Of a stretch of 64,000 nucleotides of DNA, positions 41,672 through 51,369 are shown piece by piece (the first letter of the stretch is position 1; every line of letters begins with the position of its first letter). Source of the stretch: Nemertoderma westbladi (taxonomy: Eukaryota; Animalia; Xenacoelomorpha); contig JAUCBJ010007707.1 of assembly GCA_032718475.1 (NCBI GenBank), positions 5,051 through 69,050 of the forward strand, read 5' to 3'. The notes beneath the pieces were generated by a model, which ran no database searches, was not told the DNA's origin, and saw nothing but the letters and a program-made list of their open reading frames with translations. The translations under genes and the position numbers were made by a program.

Positions 41672-43096
41672 TGTAAAAGCTTTTACTGAATTGTCCGGTT
41701 ATTTTGCCTTATTTTTCCCGTAAAGTACTCTGTAGTTGGTTTACCAGGCATAAAAAGGCCGTGTCCTTGCTGTACTGGTGTTTTAGCGGACATAAGAGCT
41801 ATTTCTTCTGTATTTGTACTTTAGAGGACATAATCCGTAATTCCGTGACGTAAAAGCTCGATACTCTTGAAAACAGTGTCGCTACTGTAAAAGCCTTTGC
41901 TGAATTGCCCCGTTATTTTTATTATCTTTTACATTAAAATACTCCGTAGTTGATTTAATAAGTGTAAGAGACCGTATTATTGCTGTATCTGTGTTTTTAG
42001 AGGATCTAAGACCTATTTCCTCTGTATGTGTACTGTGAAAGGCATATTTTATGATTCTATGGCAATTCGTGACGCAAAAGGGTGATAGCTACTCTTGAAC
42101 AGTAGTTACTATGACTACGGTTAACAGCTGACATTCATACGTGTTGATTTCCTTTGTTCTACGGCGTCTCTCAGCTCAGTCAGCCAATGAGAGCGTTTTT
42201 GTGGCTCCTTGTACAGAGAATTTCCGAGAAATGACGCAATGCCTATGTGCAGTGCTTACATTCAGTCTTGAGCCAAAGAAAGAACGGCTTAGAAATATTT
42301 TGTGCTGTACTGCTTTTTAGTCGTACACTGGTAGGTTTAATTATAAAGGGCATATATCCTTTAACAAACGGACTGACGGAACTGCATGCCTATGTGCACT
42401 GACATACCGGTACTGATTTGTTGTTTTATACTGCTATTTGCTGTCAGTTCTTCATAATATGGTTGATGAATTATTATATTTGGAATAACGATAAACAACC
42501 CCGAAACCCAATGTTCTTGATATACCGAAGGTAAGAGAGAAGGGTTACAGATAAACGATTGTGACTTATGTTAAAGTGGTTTGAAGTGAATCTAATGTTA
42601 TTTGATAGACCCTACATGAGTCAGCCTGTGTTCCTTTTATATGTGACTAAAATCAGTGAAGATTGGCAGATTAGTGTGCAGTATTGTGCAGCATAGTGTA
42701 TGAGTGAGTCTGTTAAAGAAGCAATTCCTAAAGAATGCGCCATATATGTGGATTATAATTAAGCCATATCGTTGCGAGTAGTTTAAGTCATAACTCTGTT
42801 TATGTAGATAAAGCGCCACGTCCTAAAGGAACTGTTAATATTACCGAAGGTGAATAATATTGTCAGAGATTATATAATACTGTCAGTCGAATAATACATT
42901 AGGCTTACATAGCAATAAAAATTAAACCGTCGAACCCAATCTCCCGGGAATTTCCAGCGGGTGAATGGTCGCGCACGGATTGGTTTCGACTAGTGTAGTG
43001 AATCAAATACTTGTCATAGACTAAAAAGCAGATTTATTATCTAGAAGACATTCTAATTTGGCGGGTTAAACTGCCAAAGGTCTGAAAGCGCGAACA
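41672..43096 (+). repeat. 5' LTR of copy A
   Basis: TGTAAAAGC...GCGCGAACA; direct repeat of 54387-55811. Confidence 0.96.
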
Positions 43097-43108
43097 TTAA
43101 AGGATATA
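43097..43108 (+). promoter_or_regulatory. Non-tRNA primer-binding-position sequence, complementary to LTR-internal 42353-42364
   Basis: ttaaaggatata versus tatatcctttaa. There is no TGG start. An equivalent pairing exists in the three other copies. Confidence 0.7.
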
Positions 43109-45011
43109 GCTTCTTTATTGCAGTAAGCAATAAAGTCGAAAGTACCGGTCGACCGGTAACCAGTAGGCCTGACTGCCTGATCATCCGGACCGGTACCTAC
43201 AGCAGTATTATTCGATTTTGATTGTTATATACCAGTAGGTCTTAATAATTAATCGGGGACGCCTGGTTTTTATTGAGATTTTACTTATTTCTGTCAAGTT
43301 TTATTTATTTGTAGGCCAGTATTGAACAGAAGGCGTGTAAGCCTGATCAGATTGTACAGACAATTTGTAGGCTGAGCTGTTGTCTGATTGCTGTTAAGTC
43401 CGAACGAATTGCAGTGTGTGTAGAGCACTTGTCCGATTAAGTACGGTTAGGAAGTAGGGGCAGTGAACACTGTAAGGTAAACCCCCAACTAAAGAATAAG
43501 TCGCACTACTGGGTTAGAGCGCATACTCCCTAATCATTTCGGAGTCTGCATGTCCTGTAGTTTATTTAGGCTTGAGAGTAGTCTGCCATCGTTTAGTCTG
43601 TACTTTGTTTGTGTAAGTCTGTACGGGTAGCGTATAATTTTATTTAAATAATTTGTAGGCTGGATAGTTGTCTGGCTGTTATTAGGTCTGAACGGATTGC
43701 CGCGTGTGTAGATCATCTGTCCGATTAAGTACGATTAGGCAGTAGGGGCAGTGAACACTGTAAGGTAAACCCCCAACTAAAGAATAAGTCGCACTACTGG
43801 GTTAGAGCGCATACTCCCTAATCATTTCGGAGTCTGCATATACCGTAGTTTGTTTAGGCTTGATAGTAGTCTGTCAGTGTTCGGTCTGTATTTTGTTTGA
43901 GTAGTTTGTACGCGTAGCGTAATATTTATTATTCAGAGTTTATGCGATTATTCGCAACATTCAAGTCCCTAAGTTTGTTCCTACAGTAATTGTGTTTGTT
44001 ATACATACCGTTATAGTTAAATTAACCCCGGTACTACACGGGCTGCTCGGCGTAGGTAAAGACTGGTGATTTTGTGCATCGGTCACTCCAGCAGATGCCG
44101 TGGTTCTTTTAGCTGTTCAAGTATATTTAATTACTGATTATCTGTTATACAAGTACTCGTACCTAATTTAGGGTTTAGTGTACGGTACTTTCCGAAGTAA
44201 TTATTGTAGGCATTATATTTGTGTTGTAAAGTGGTTGATAGGCACATTCGATTAGCTCTATTAACTTCTAGGTAGGAACACTCCGTGATACATAACGTAG
44301 AACCTATAGCGATACGGCTATAGGTCGTCAGGCGGTGGCATTTTCCTATCTAGACAACGCAGTGTATTTACTACTACTTATTATTTCAAATACCGTAGTA
44401 CCCTGTCCGCTGTAATAATCAGATTTCTAACCCTTTGTTAGGCTGGTTTGTAGACTTCTTGTAAAATTACCCTAAAAATTCGTATTTGCGTTTTTGTAAA
44501 TTTTTGCGTTTATTTAGAGATTGTAATCTCACCCGAATTGTACGTAATTTGTAGTATTAAGTAACTTAGGTAAATTAGAATTATTTGTTTTAGTGTCTCA
44601 TAAGTAACACTTCACTGAAAGCGCACCGCTTTGTGTAGTGATTACCCCCAGAAATAATAACATTTATTTCAAACATTGACAAAACCCATTAAAACGGGTA
44701 TATATATATTATAAATCAAATCTAACGATTTATAAATCGTAGGCCTACAATACAAACATTAGGTCTCAATATAAGTTGGACTACTGCTCAAATAACGGTA
44801 ATAAAGTAAGTAAGTAACCAAGTAACCCTAAAGTTCAGAAATTCAGTTATTTTAAAATAATTGATATACCGGTATTTACGATAGGCCTATTATCTTTATT
44901 CCTATAAATCTAGGCTGAAATTATACCGGTACGTGTAATTAATTCTATTTCAGAATTATATATCCTACAGACTGTAAGCTGTATACCGGTATTCCAGATA
45001 GGCCTATTATA

Positions 45012-46996
45012 TCTATATATATAAATATCATGTGTCTGTCTGTCTGTCTGTCTGTCTGTCTGCTTGTCTGTCCAAGCTATACGTTTCTACACACAAGCAC
45101 CAATCTGAGCTCGCGATACATCGAACGAAAGCTCTCGTCACGAGCACGTGCACTGTCGCTATCTCGAGTCTTATTTTACGCGTTTGTTTGCGTGAATGCA
45201 GATTTCGTGAATTTGGTACCGGTAGCGCAGTAGGCCTAGCAGTTCATTCTGTAGGAAACTCTATAACAGCGGTTGCACCATCAGACTCAATCTGTTCTAA
45301 ATGATACTTTGCAGATACGTTCCTGACCATAGACTGTGTGTTTGGGAAGACACTGATCAATCTGCAGTTCTCCAGTCTGCCGCTAGGGGGCGAAATGTCA
45401 GAAACTGAAAACCTTCTCCCATTTCGTTATTATTAATGCCTTTTAGCTGATACGTGGCAGAGGTCTACTACACCATAGGCTGTGTGTTTTCGGAGGATGC
45501 TGACCAATCTGCAATTCCTCAGTCTGCCGCTAGGGGGAGCAATATCTGAAAGTGAAAACCTTATCCCATTTCGTTGTTTATAATGCTTTTTTGCTGATAC
45601 TTGGCAGAAGTCGACTACACCATAGACTGCGTGTTTGTAGAGAACTCTGAATAATCTGAAATTCCTCTGTCTGCCGGTAGGGGGCGCAATGTCTGAAAGT
45701 GAAAACCTTCACCCATTTCGTTCTTTATACTGATTTTTTGCTGATACTTGGCAGAGGTCTACTACACCAAGACTCCGTGTTTGGGGAGGAGCTAGAACCA
45801 GTCTGCATTTCTCCAGTCTACCACTAGGGGGCCAAATGTCTGAAAGTGAAAACCTTATCCCATTTCGTTATTAATAATGCTTTTAGGCTGACACTTGGCA
45901 GATTTGTATTACACCATAGGGAGTGTGTCTAGGTAAGACGCCGAACAAACTGCAGTTCTCCATTTGGCCGCTAGGGGGCGAAATGTCTGAACGTGAAAAC
46001 CTTATGCCATTTTTATGTTTATAATGTTTTTAGGCTGATACTTGTCAGAGGTCTACTACATCAAAGACTGCGTGTTTGTGGAGAACTAAGACCAATTTGC
46101 AATAGCTCTCTCTGCCGCTAGGGGGCGCAATGTCTGAAAGTGAAAACCTTCATGCATTTCATTGTTTATAATTCTTTTTTGCTGATACTCGACAGAGGTC
46201 TACTACACCATAGACTGTGTGTTTGGGGAGGAGCTAGAACCAGTCTGCATTTATCCAGTCTACCGCTAGGGGGCCAAATGTCTGAAAGTGAAAACCTTAT
46301 CCCATTTCGTTATTAATATGCTTTCAGGCTGACACTTGCCAGATGTGTAGTACACCATAGGGTGTGTGTCTAGGTAAGACGCCGAACAAATTGCAGTTCT
46401 CCATTCGGCCGCTAGGGGGCGAAATGTCTGAAAGTAAAAACCTTATCCAGTTTCGTTGTTTCTAATGCTTTTAGGCTGATAATTGTCAGAGGTCTACTAC
46501 ACCATAGACTGCGTGTTTGTGGAAAACTCTGACCAATCTGCAATTTCTCAGTCTGCCGCTAGAGGGTGAAATGTCTCAAGTGAAATCCCTCTCCCATTTC
46601 TTTGTTTCTAATGCTTTTTTGCTTATACTTGGGAAAGGTATGCTTGACCATAGGCTGTTTGTATGGGGAGGACGCTAACCAGTCTCTGGATTTCCAGTCT
46701 ACTGCTAGGGTGCGAAATATCTGAATCTGAAAAGTAAAAACATTCTCACATTTATTTATTAAAAATGCTTTTACGCTTATAATTGTCAGAGGTCTACTGT
46801 ACTACATCATGTGAAGGACGTTGACCAGTGTAGATATCTGAAAAAGTAAAACAGCATCAGTCTTTTGTTTGAGAGAACACTCTCAATCAAATGAAGTTTT
46901 GTTAAGTTAATTAATTAATTAATTAATTAATGTTTGGAATGGTGAATAGGCTTGTGAACTAGAAAGCCGTGGCCCGAAGGGCCACTGGCTTTCTAG
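45012..46996 (+). mobile_element. Non-autonomous Helitron nested in the leader of copy A
   Basis: A|TCTATATATATAAA start, (TCTG)n microsatellite, subterminal hairpin agaaagccgtggccc-gaa-gggccactggctttct, CTAG|T end and no TSD. The empty site ggcctattata|tatttatatat is seen in copy C (~63002-63023). Confidence 0.9.
45303..46810 (+). repeat. ~147-bp tandem repeat, ~10 diverged units, inside the Helitron
   Basis: ccgctagggggc-like cores recur near 45380, 45527, 45673, 45821, 45968, 46115, 46263, 46409, 46556 and 46702. Confidence 0.92.
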
Positions 46997-47223
46997 TATT
47001 TATATATATTTGTGCTAAAATTATACCGGTATTCGGTGATAAACCTAGTCTGTAATAATAGTTATATATACTATAAGCATACCGGTATTCTAATATATTA
47101 TATATATCACGCTACACTGAGTAGCAGTACCGGTGATTAATTACTAGGCTAGCAGTTAATACTGAGTTACTAGACTTGCTCAGACTGTAATACGGCAGTA
47201 GACATTCAACTGTACACATAAGC

Positions 47224-50200
47224 ATGTCTGACGCAAAGCAGAACCTGTCAGACAGTCTACTAGATACAACCGAGAGTGAAGTGACAGCAGAGAAACCGCA
47301 TAAGAGGGATGCCATTGACATCTATCTGTCAGACTATCAGCGTTTTTTGGGAGATGAAGAGTTGAGGAGAAGGCTAGAGGGACTTAGCCCTAATAGCGAA
47401 GGAGCCAAACTCGTGTTAGATGCGATTGATGTGGATAGGTTAGCGGCGAACCAAGCTAAATTCGATGAACAACTCCGCATCGCTAGAGAACAAGAAGAAC
47501 AAGTAAAGAAAAAACGTATAGAAGACAGAAAGATAGCAGCAGTGGCAGAGGCGGAAAGAAAAGCGACCTTGGCAGAAGCAGCGGCAGAGGCAAAAGCGGC
47601 AGCAGCAGAAGCAGAGGCAAAGGCAACAAAAGCAGCAGCAGAAGCAAAGGCAGAGGCAAAAGCGGCAGCGGCAAAAGCGGCAGCGGCAGAGGTAAAAGCG
47701 GCAGCGGTGGCGGAAGCAGAACGGAGAGCATCTGAAGAGGCAACCCAACTAGAGTTGGAAAATCTTCAAGAGAGGCAAGACAACTTCAATAAACAGTTAA
47801 CAGCTAGTAATATGCAGATGATGAGTCGATCTACTCCCAAAAGACAGGGATATACATCATCGGAGGAAGGCGATACCACCGATACTGAAGGCAAAGGAAA
47901 TAGATCTCGTCTAAGCAGACGTAAAAGAACATTCCACCGTCAGAAATTGCCTGATTTGCCTCCAGCTGTTAGAAGGCAACTAAATAACACCAACTTAGGT
48001 AGTACAGAGCCCACAGACCAAATAATTAAAATAGAAAGACTCCCTACTATAGTGGATGAGCCTGAAATAAGTAGGCCTGTTCTTGAAATCACCCCTACGG
48101 TAATAGATACATCTGTGCTCCCTGAAGCTACCTATAAATTCCCTCTACATAGCACTAAGCTACCTGTGCCCCGTAGGACTGCCCGAGAGACAGTTCAGGT
48201 CCTGGACCCCGAGCGAAATATTCCGAATTTGTCGCCCGTTGTCCCTTGTCTGCCCGCTACGACGTTGGCGGATCCCGTTTCGGCGGTTGATTGGGTAGAC
48301 GAGAGACGGCGGTGGATGGATATTCTCCTCGGAGAGATGAAGGAGAATCGGATACGCTCCTCCCAACAGGTCCGAGAGTTGGAAGGGACTGTCCAACATT
48401 TAAAGGGAACAGTGAGGGAAAGCAAGTTGGAGTTGCAAGAAGTGCAGCAAAATATCGCGCTAGAGCGCGATAAATTAGTAAGTTTACAAAAGGGTATACC
48501 ACCACCCTCTGTAACAATGTGTCAACCTGTTAGGTCTGAAGTATTGCATGCGCAAGGTGTGGAGCCTACACGCATATATACTGCTAGCGAAGTAGAAACT
48601 CCTATAGTGAACCCTATTAAGGGTAATTATAGACCTGTTGATAATGATATTCCCTATAGAACTGATCATAATCCGAGAAATTTATATACCGATAACTCGA
48701 TATTAAATAGCACGATGGCCCAAGAAAGTTTTACGCGTCAAATGGCTAGAACCGAAGCCCGGCAAGCGGTAAAGGTTGGAGAGATTGTCAAGTTCAATGG
48801 AGATGAGATGAAATGGTTACCTTTTAATGAATATTACAAAGATAACATACAGAACTCTGTACTATCTAATGGAGAGAAACTTAGATTCCTCATCGAATGT
48901 TTGGAAGGACCTCCCAAGTCAATGGCGTTAAAATTTATTGGACATCCAGATGGATTAAGACAAGTTTGGGATACACTAAACATCAGGTATGGTAATAGGA
49001 ATGACATAGCTGGGTATTTGTATGCAAAATTAATGGCGCCCCGAAAGTTTCTTAGCAGCGGGATTATAGAGTTTTCCGATGAGATTCAGGAGATCTGTAG
49101 ACAATTAGATTGGCTAGGTAAGTCTCATGAATACCAGAATTCTATGGTTGTAAGAGCCTTAGCATCTGCTTTGCCCAAGGGTGGAGTAGGTACACGCTGG
49201 GATAAGAAGGTGTTATATATGATGGAACAACAACGACGAGACCCTACCATGACTGATCTCATGTCATTCTTAGATAGAGAAGTGAAATTACAGCTCCTAA
49301 GGCAGTCCAGAGAGAAGACATTGGAAAACAAGGTAAGTGAGAAACCCGTTTCTAGGAGAAGGGTAACACCAGTATGTTATACCGACGACGGTGAAAGCCA
49401 AACCTCTCAAGGAGAGGACAGCGGGAAAGACACTGACAGACCTTATTATGTCAATAAAATGCCTAAAGAACAGGTAAGTAAATCCAAGTCTCGACCCAAT
49501 GACAGAAGGGAACCGATACAAAAAACCCCTCCTACGTCTCCTAAAGGAATTCAGGTGAGAAAGCCCGAGGAAAGAACAAGTGTGCACCACATAGCACAGG
49601 TTAAAGTAAGTAACATCAAGCCGAAATGTGTGCTGTGCGACGGGCCCCACCGTTTAAATGCGTGTGATAAATTCCTGAGGAAATCACTCGAGGATAGACG
49701 TGAAGTCATGTGGGATAAGCGGTTGTGTTATAATTGCCTCAGACGAGGACACCAACGGCGAACCTGTAACTCCGACGCAAGGTGTGCAAAGTGCGGCGCA
49801 AAACATCATATCTTGTTGCACACGGAATTCGAACGAAACAGCCCGAGTCAGGTAAGTGAGTCCGAACCACATGTCCAATTCAGTGATGTGAACGACACTG
49901 ATCAATCTGAGATGGAAGGATTCTATACGGACGAGTTCTCCGACCAAAACGAATCCTGTTACCTAATAAACACCACCGCAGTGTATCGAGCACTCGTGTA
50001 TGAGAAAGACACAGACGGCGACCTTACCTTAACTACTTCCGATCAACAACCATCTTGGAAAGCGCCAACTTCCAATATAGGGATCCGAGAGTTTCCTGTG
50101 GTGCAGGTAAGGGTGCACGGACCTAAACGGAGTTATGTAGTGAACGCCCTCCTGGACTCCGGCAGCACAGGAACATTCATCGATAAAGAGCTAGCCGAAG

Positions 50201-51369
50201 ATATATTTGCTGGACAGCCCAAGTTCCAAACTAAGCTCAACATGTCTGGCATTATGCAAGTTTGGAAATCTACAATAACAGCTGCTGATTATTATGTAGG
50301 CGCGTTGTCCACCCCACAAGACGAACTAGGAGAACACAGCATAAGGTCAGTGAAAATGGTGGCTATAAAGAACTTCGCTACTACTCAAGCAGACCTTTAT
50401 AATTGGGACGAGGATGAGAGCATACAACATCTTAACATACCTCGATTCCAGACTGATTATCCTGGAGTGCAAATACTCATCGGCCAAAACGCGCATGAGG
50501 CGCTGGAGACATTAGAGAAACGACCTGCTCAACCGCAGCCACTACAGACCTATGCGGTAAGAACTAGAGTAGGTTGGTACCTTACTGGACCTTCCCGTAG
50601 AACGCTCAGGGAAAGACTGCTTCAAGATCGTGTCTGCCAGGTGAGTGAATGGGAAGACGATACTAGTGAGGGAGACGACCCAACTGAGGGAACACCACAC
50701 TCCTCAGATAATGACAATCTTAGCTCCAATGTAGATCAATGGAGATATTGCCCCAAGAAGTTTAATCCAACGGACATCGCTTCCAGAGGAGCAACTCCTC
50801 AAGAACTGACAGATACTATAGACCGGTTAGGTGAACCCGACTTCCTGAGTAAGGAGAATGAATGGCCTCCCCATCTTACTCCGACTGAGATTAGACCAGC
50901 CAAGGGAGCGGAGAAAGTCGAACCTGAAACCCGGACGGGTGGATCGGAGTTATTTGAACCCGGGATAGATCTGTCGGTATTACATGTTGCCAGGGACGAC
51001 GCCGTGGATCTGGGCCTCCCCTCCGCGAGTGGATCCTTCATGAAGATCAGAGAGAGCGATTGGAGCTCTGGAACATCAGACGTCTCGCAGGGACTCTCAC
51101 CTCTCCTGCAGAGAGCGACGGACCACTATAGCTCCTGGAATCGGCTTTGTGACGCCGTCATATACTTTGAGCGATGTTTCTATCGTCACTATTCCAGGAC
51201 GAAGAGGAAACCTGGAATTGTATTCAGGATGCAGCGACTCAATCACCCAGTCGGTCGTTTGTGTTTATCGGAAGGGAATGGAGGACTCTCCGGAAACTGT
51301 GGAAGACAAGATTCTCTTCCCACGACCACCTCCCTAATCCTTCAAACATCTAGGGACTCCATAACGTAA
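47224..51369 (+). CDS. Pao Gag-protease polyprotein (1381 aa), fused in frame to RNase H-tail and integrase C-terminal remnants
   Basis: Ala/Glu/Lys helical repeat, KFNGDEMKW, CVLCDGPHRLNAC, CYNCLRRGHQRRTC, CAKCGAKHHILLH, ALLDSGS and WRYCPKKFNPTDIASRG. No YxDD and no DDE core. Confidence 0.93.
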   Translation: MSDAKQNLSDSLLDTTESEVTAEKPHKRDAIDIYLSDYQRFLGDEELRRRLEGLSPNSEGAKLVLDAIDVDRLAANQAKFDEQLRIAREQEEQVKKKRIEDRKIAAVAEAERKATLAEAAAEAKAAAAEAEAKATKAAAEAKAEAKAAAAKAAAAEVKAAAVAEAERRASEEATQLELENLQERQDNFNKQLTASNMQMMSRSTPKRQGYTSSEEGDTTDTEGKGNRSRLSRRKRTFHRQKLPDLPPAVRRQLNNTNLGSTEPTDQIIKIERLPTIVDEPEISRPVLEITPTVIDTSVLPEATYKFPLHSTKLPVPRRTARETVQVLDPERNIPNLSPVVPCLPATTLADPVSAVDWVDERRRWMDILLGEMKENRIRSSQQVRELEGTVQHLKGTVRESKLELQEVQQNIALERDKLVSLQKGIPPPSVTMCQPVRSEVLHAQGVEPTRIYTASEVETPIVNPIKGNYRPVDNDIPYRTDHNPRNLYTDNSILNSTMAQESFTRQMARTEARQAVKVGEIVKFNGDEMKWLPFNEYYKDNIQNSVLSNGEKLRFLIECLEGPPKSMALKFIGHPDGLRQVWDTLNIRYGNRNDIAGYLYAKLMAPRKFLSSGIIEFSDEIQEICRQLDWLGKSHEYQNSMVVRALASALPKGGVGTRWDKKVLYMMEQQRRDPTMTDLMSFLDREVKLQLLRQSREKTLENKVSEKPVSRRRVTPVCYTDDGESQTSQGEDSGKDTDRPYYVNKMPKEQVSKSKSRPNDRREPIQKTPPTSPKGIQVRKPEERTSVHHIAQVKVSNIKPKCVLCDGPHRLNACDKFLRKSLEDRREVMWDKRLCYNCLRRGHQRRTCNSDARCAKCGAKHHILLHTEFERNSPSQVSESEPHVQFSDVNDTDQSEMEGFYTDEFSDQNESCYLINTTAVYRALVYEKDTDGDLTLTTSDQQPSWKAPTSNIGIREFPVVQVRVHGPKRSYVVNALLDSGSTGTFIDKELAEDIFAGQPKFQTKLNMSGIMQVWKSTITAADYYVGALSTPQDELGEHSIRSVKMVAIKNFATTQADLYNWDEDESIQHLNIPRFQTDYPGVQILIGQNAHEALETLEKRPAQPQPLQTYAVRTRVGWYLTGPSRRTLRERLLQDRVCQVSEWEDDTSEGDDPTEGTPHSSDNDNLSSNVDQWRYCPKKFNPTDIASRGATPQELTDTIDRLGEPDFLSKENEWPPHLTPTEIRPAKGAEKVEPETRTGGSELFEPGIDLSVLHVARDDAVDLGLPSASGSFMKIRESDWSSGTSDVSQGLSPLLQRATDHYSSWNRLCDAVIYFERCFYRHYSRTKRKPGIVFRMQRLNHPVGRLCLSEGNGGLSGNCGRQDSLPTTTSLILQTSRDSIT

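Noticed and set aside
42637-42819. Recurrent MALYL(H/Y)KQSYDLNYSQRYG ORF (also 18660 and 55352)
   Set aside because: It recurs only because it lies in the LTR, has a GTG start, is antisense, and is not kept in subfamilies B and C
42940-43000. HDV-like or hammerhead ribozyme in the LTR (gggtgaatg)
   Set aside because: I could not build the nested pseudoknot or find CUGANGA/GAAA cores by eye; kept only as a generic structured-RNA candidate
44165-44180. Telomere-like tttagggttt
   Set aside because: Single occurrence in each leader, not an array
47440-47748. Cys-rich and Leu/Pro-rich ORFs (also 33021-33422)
   Set aside because: Antisense frames of the Ala/Glu/Lys gag repeat
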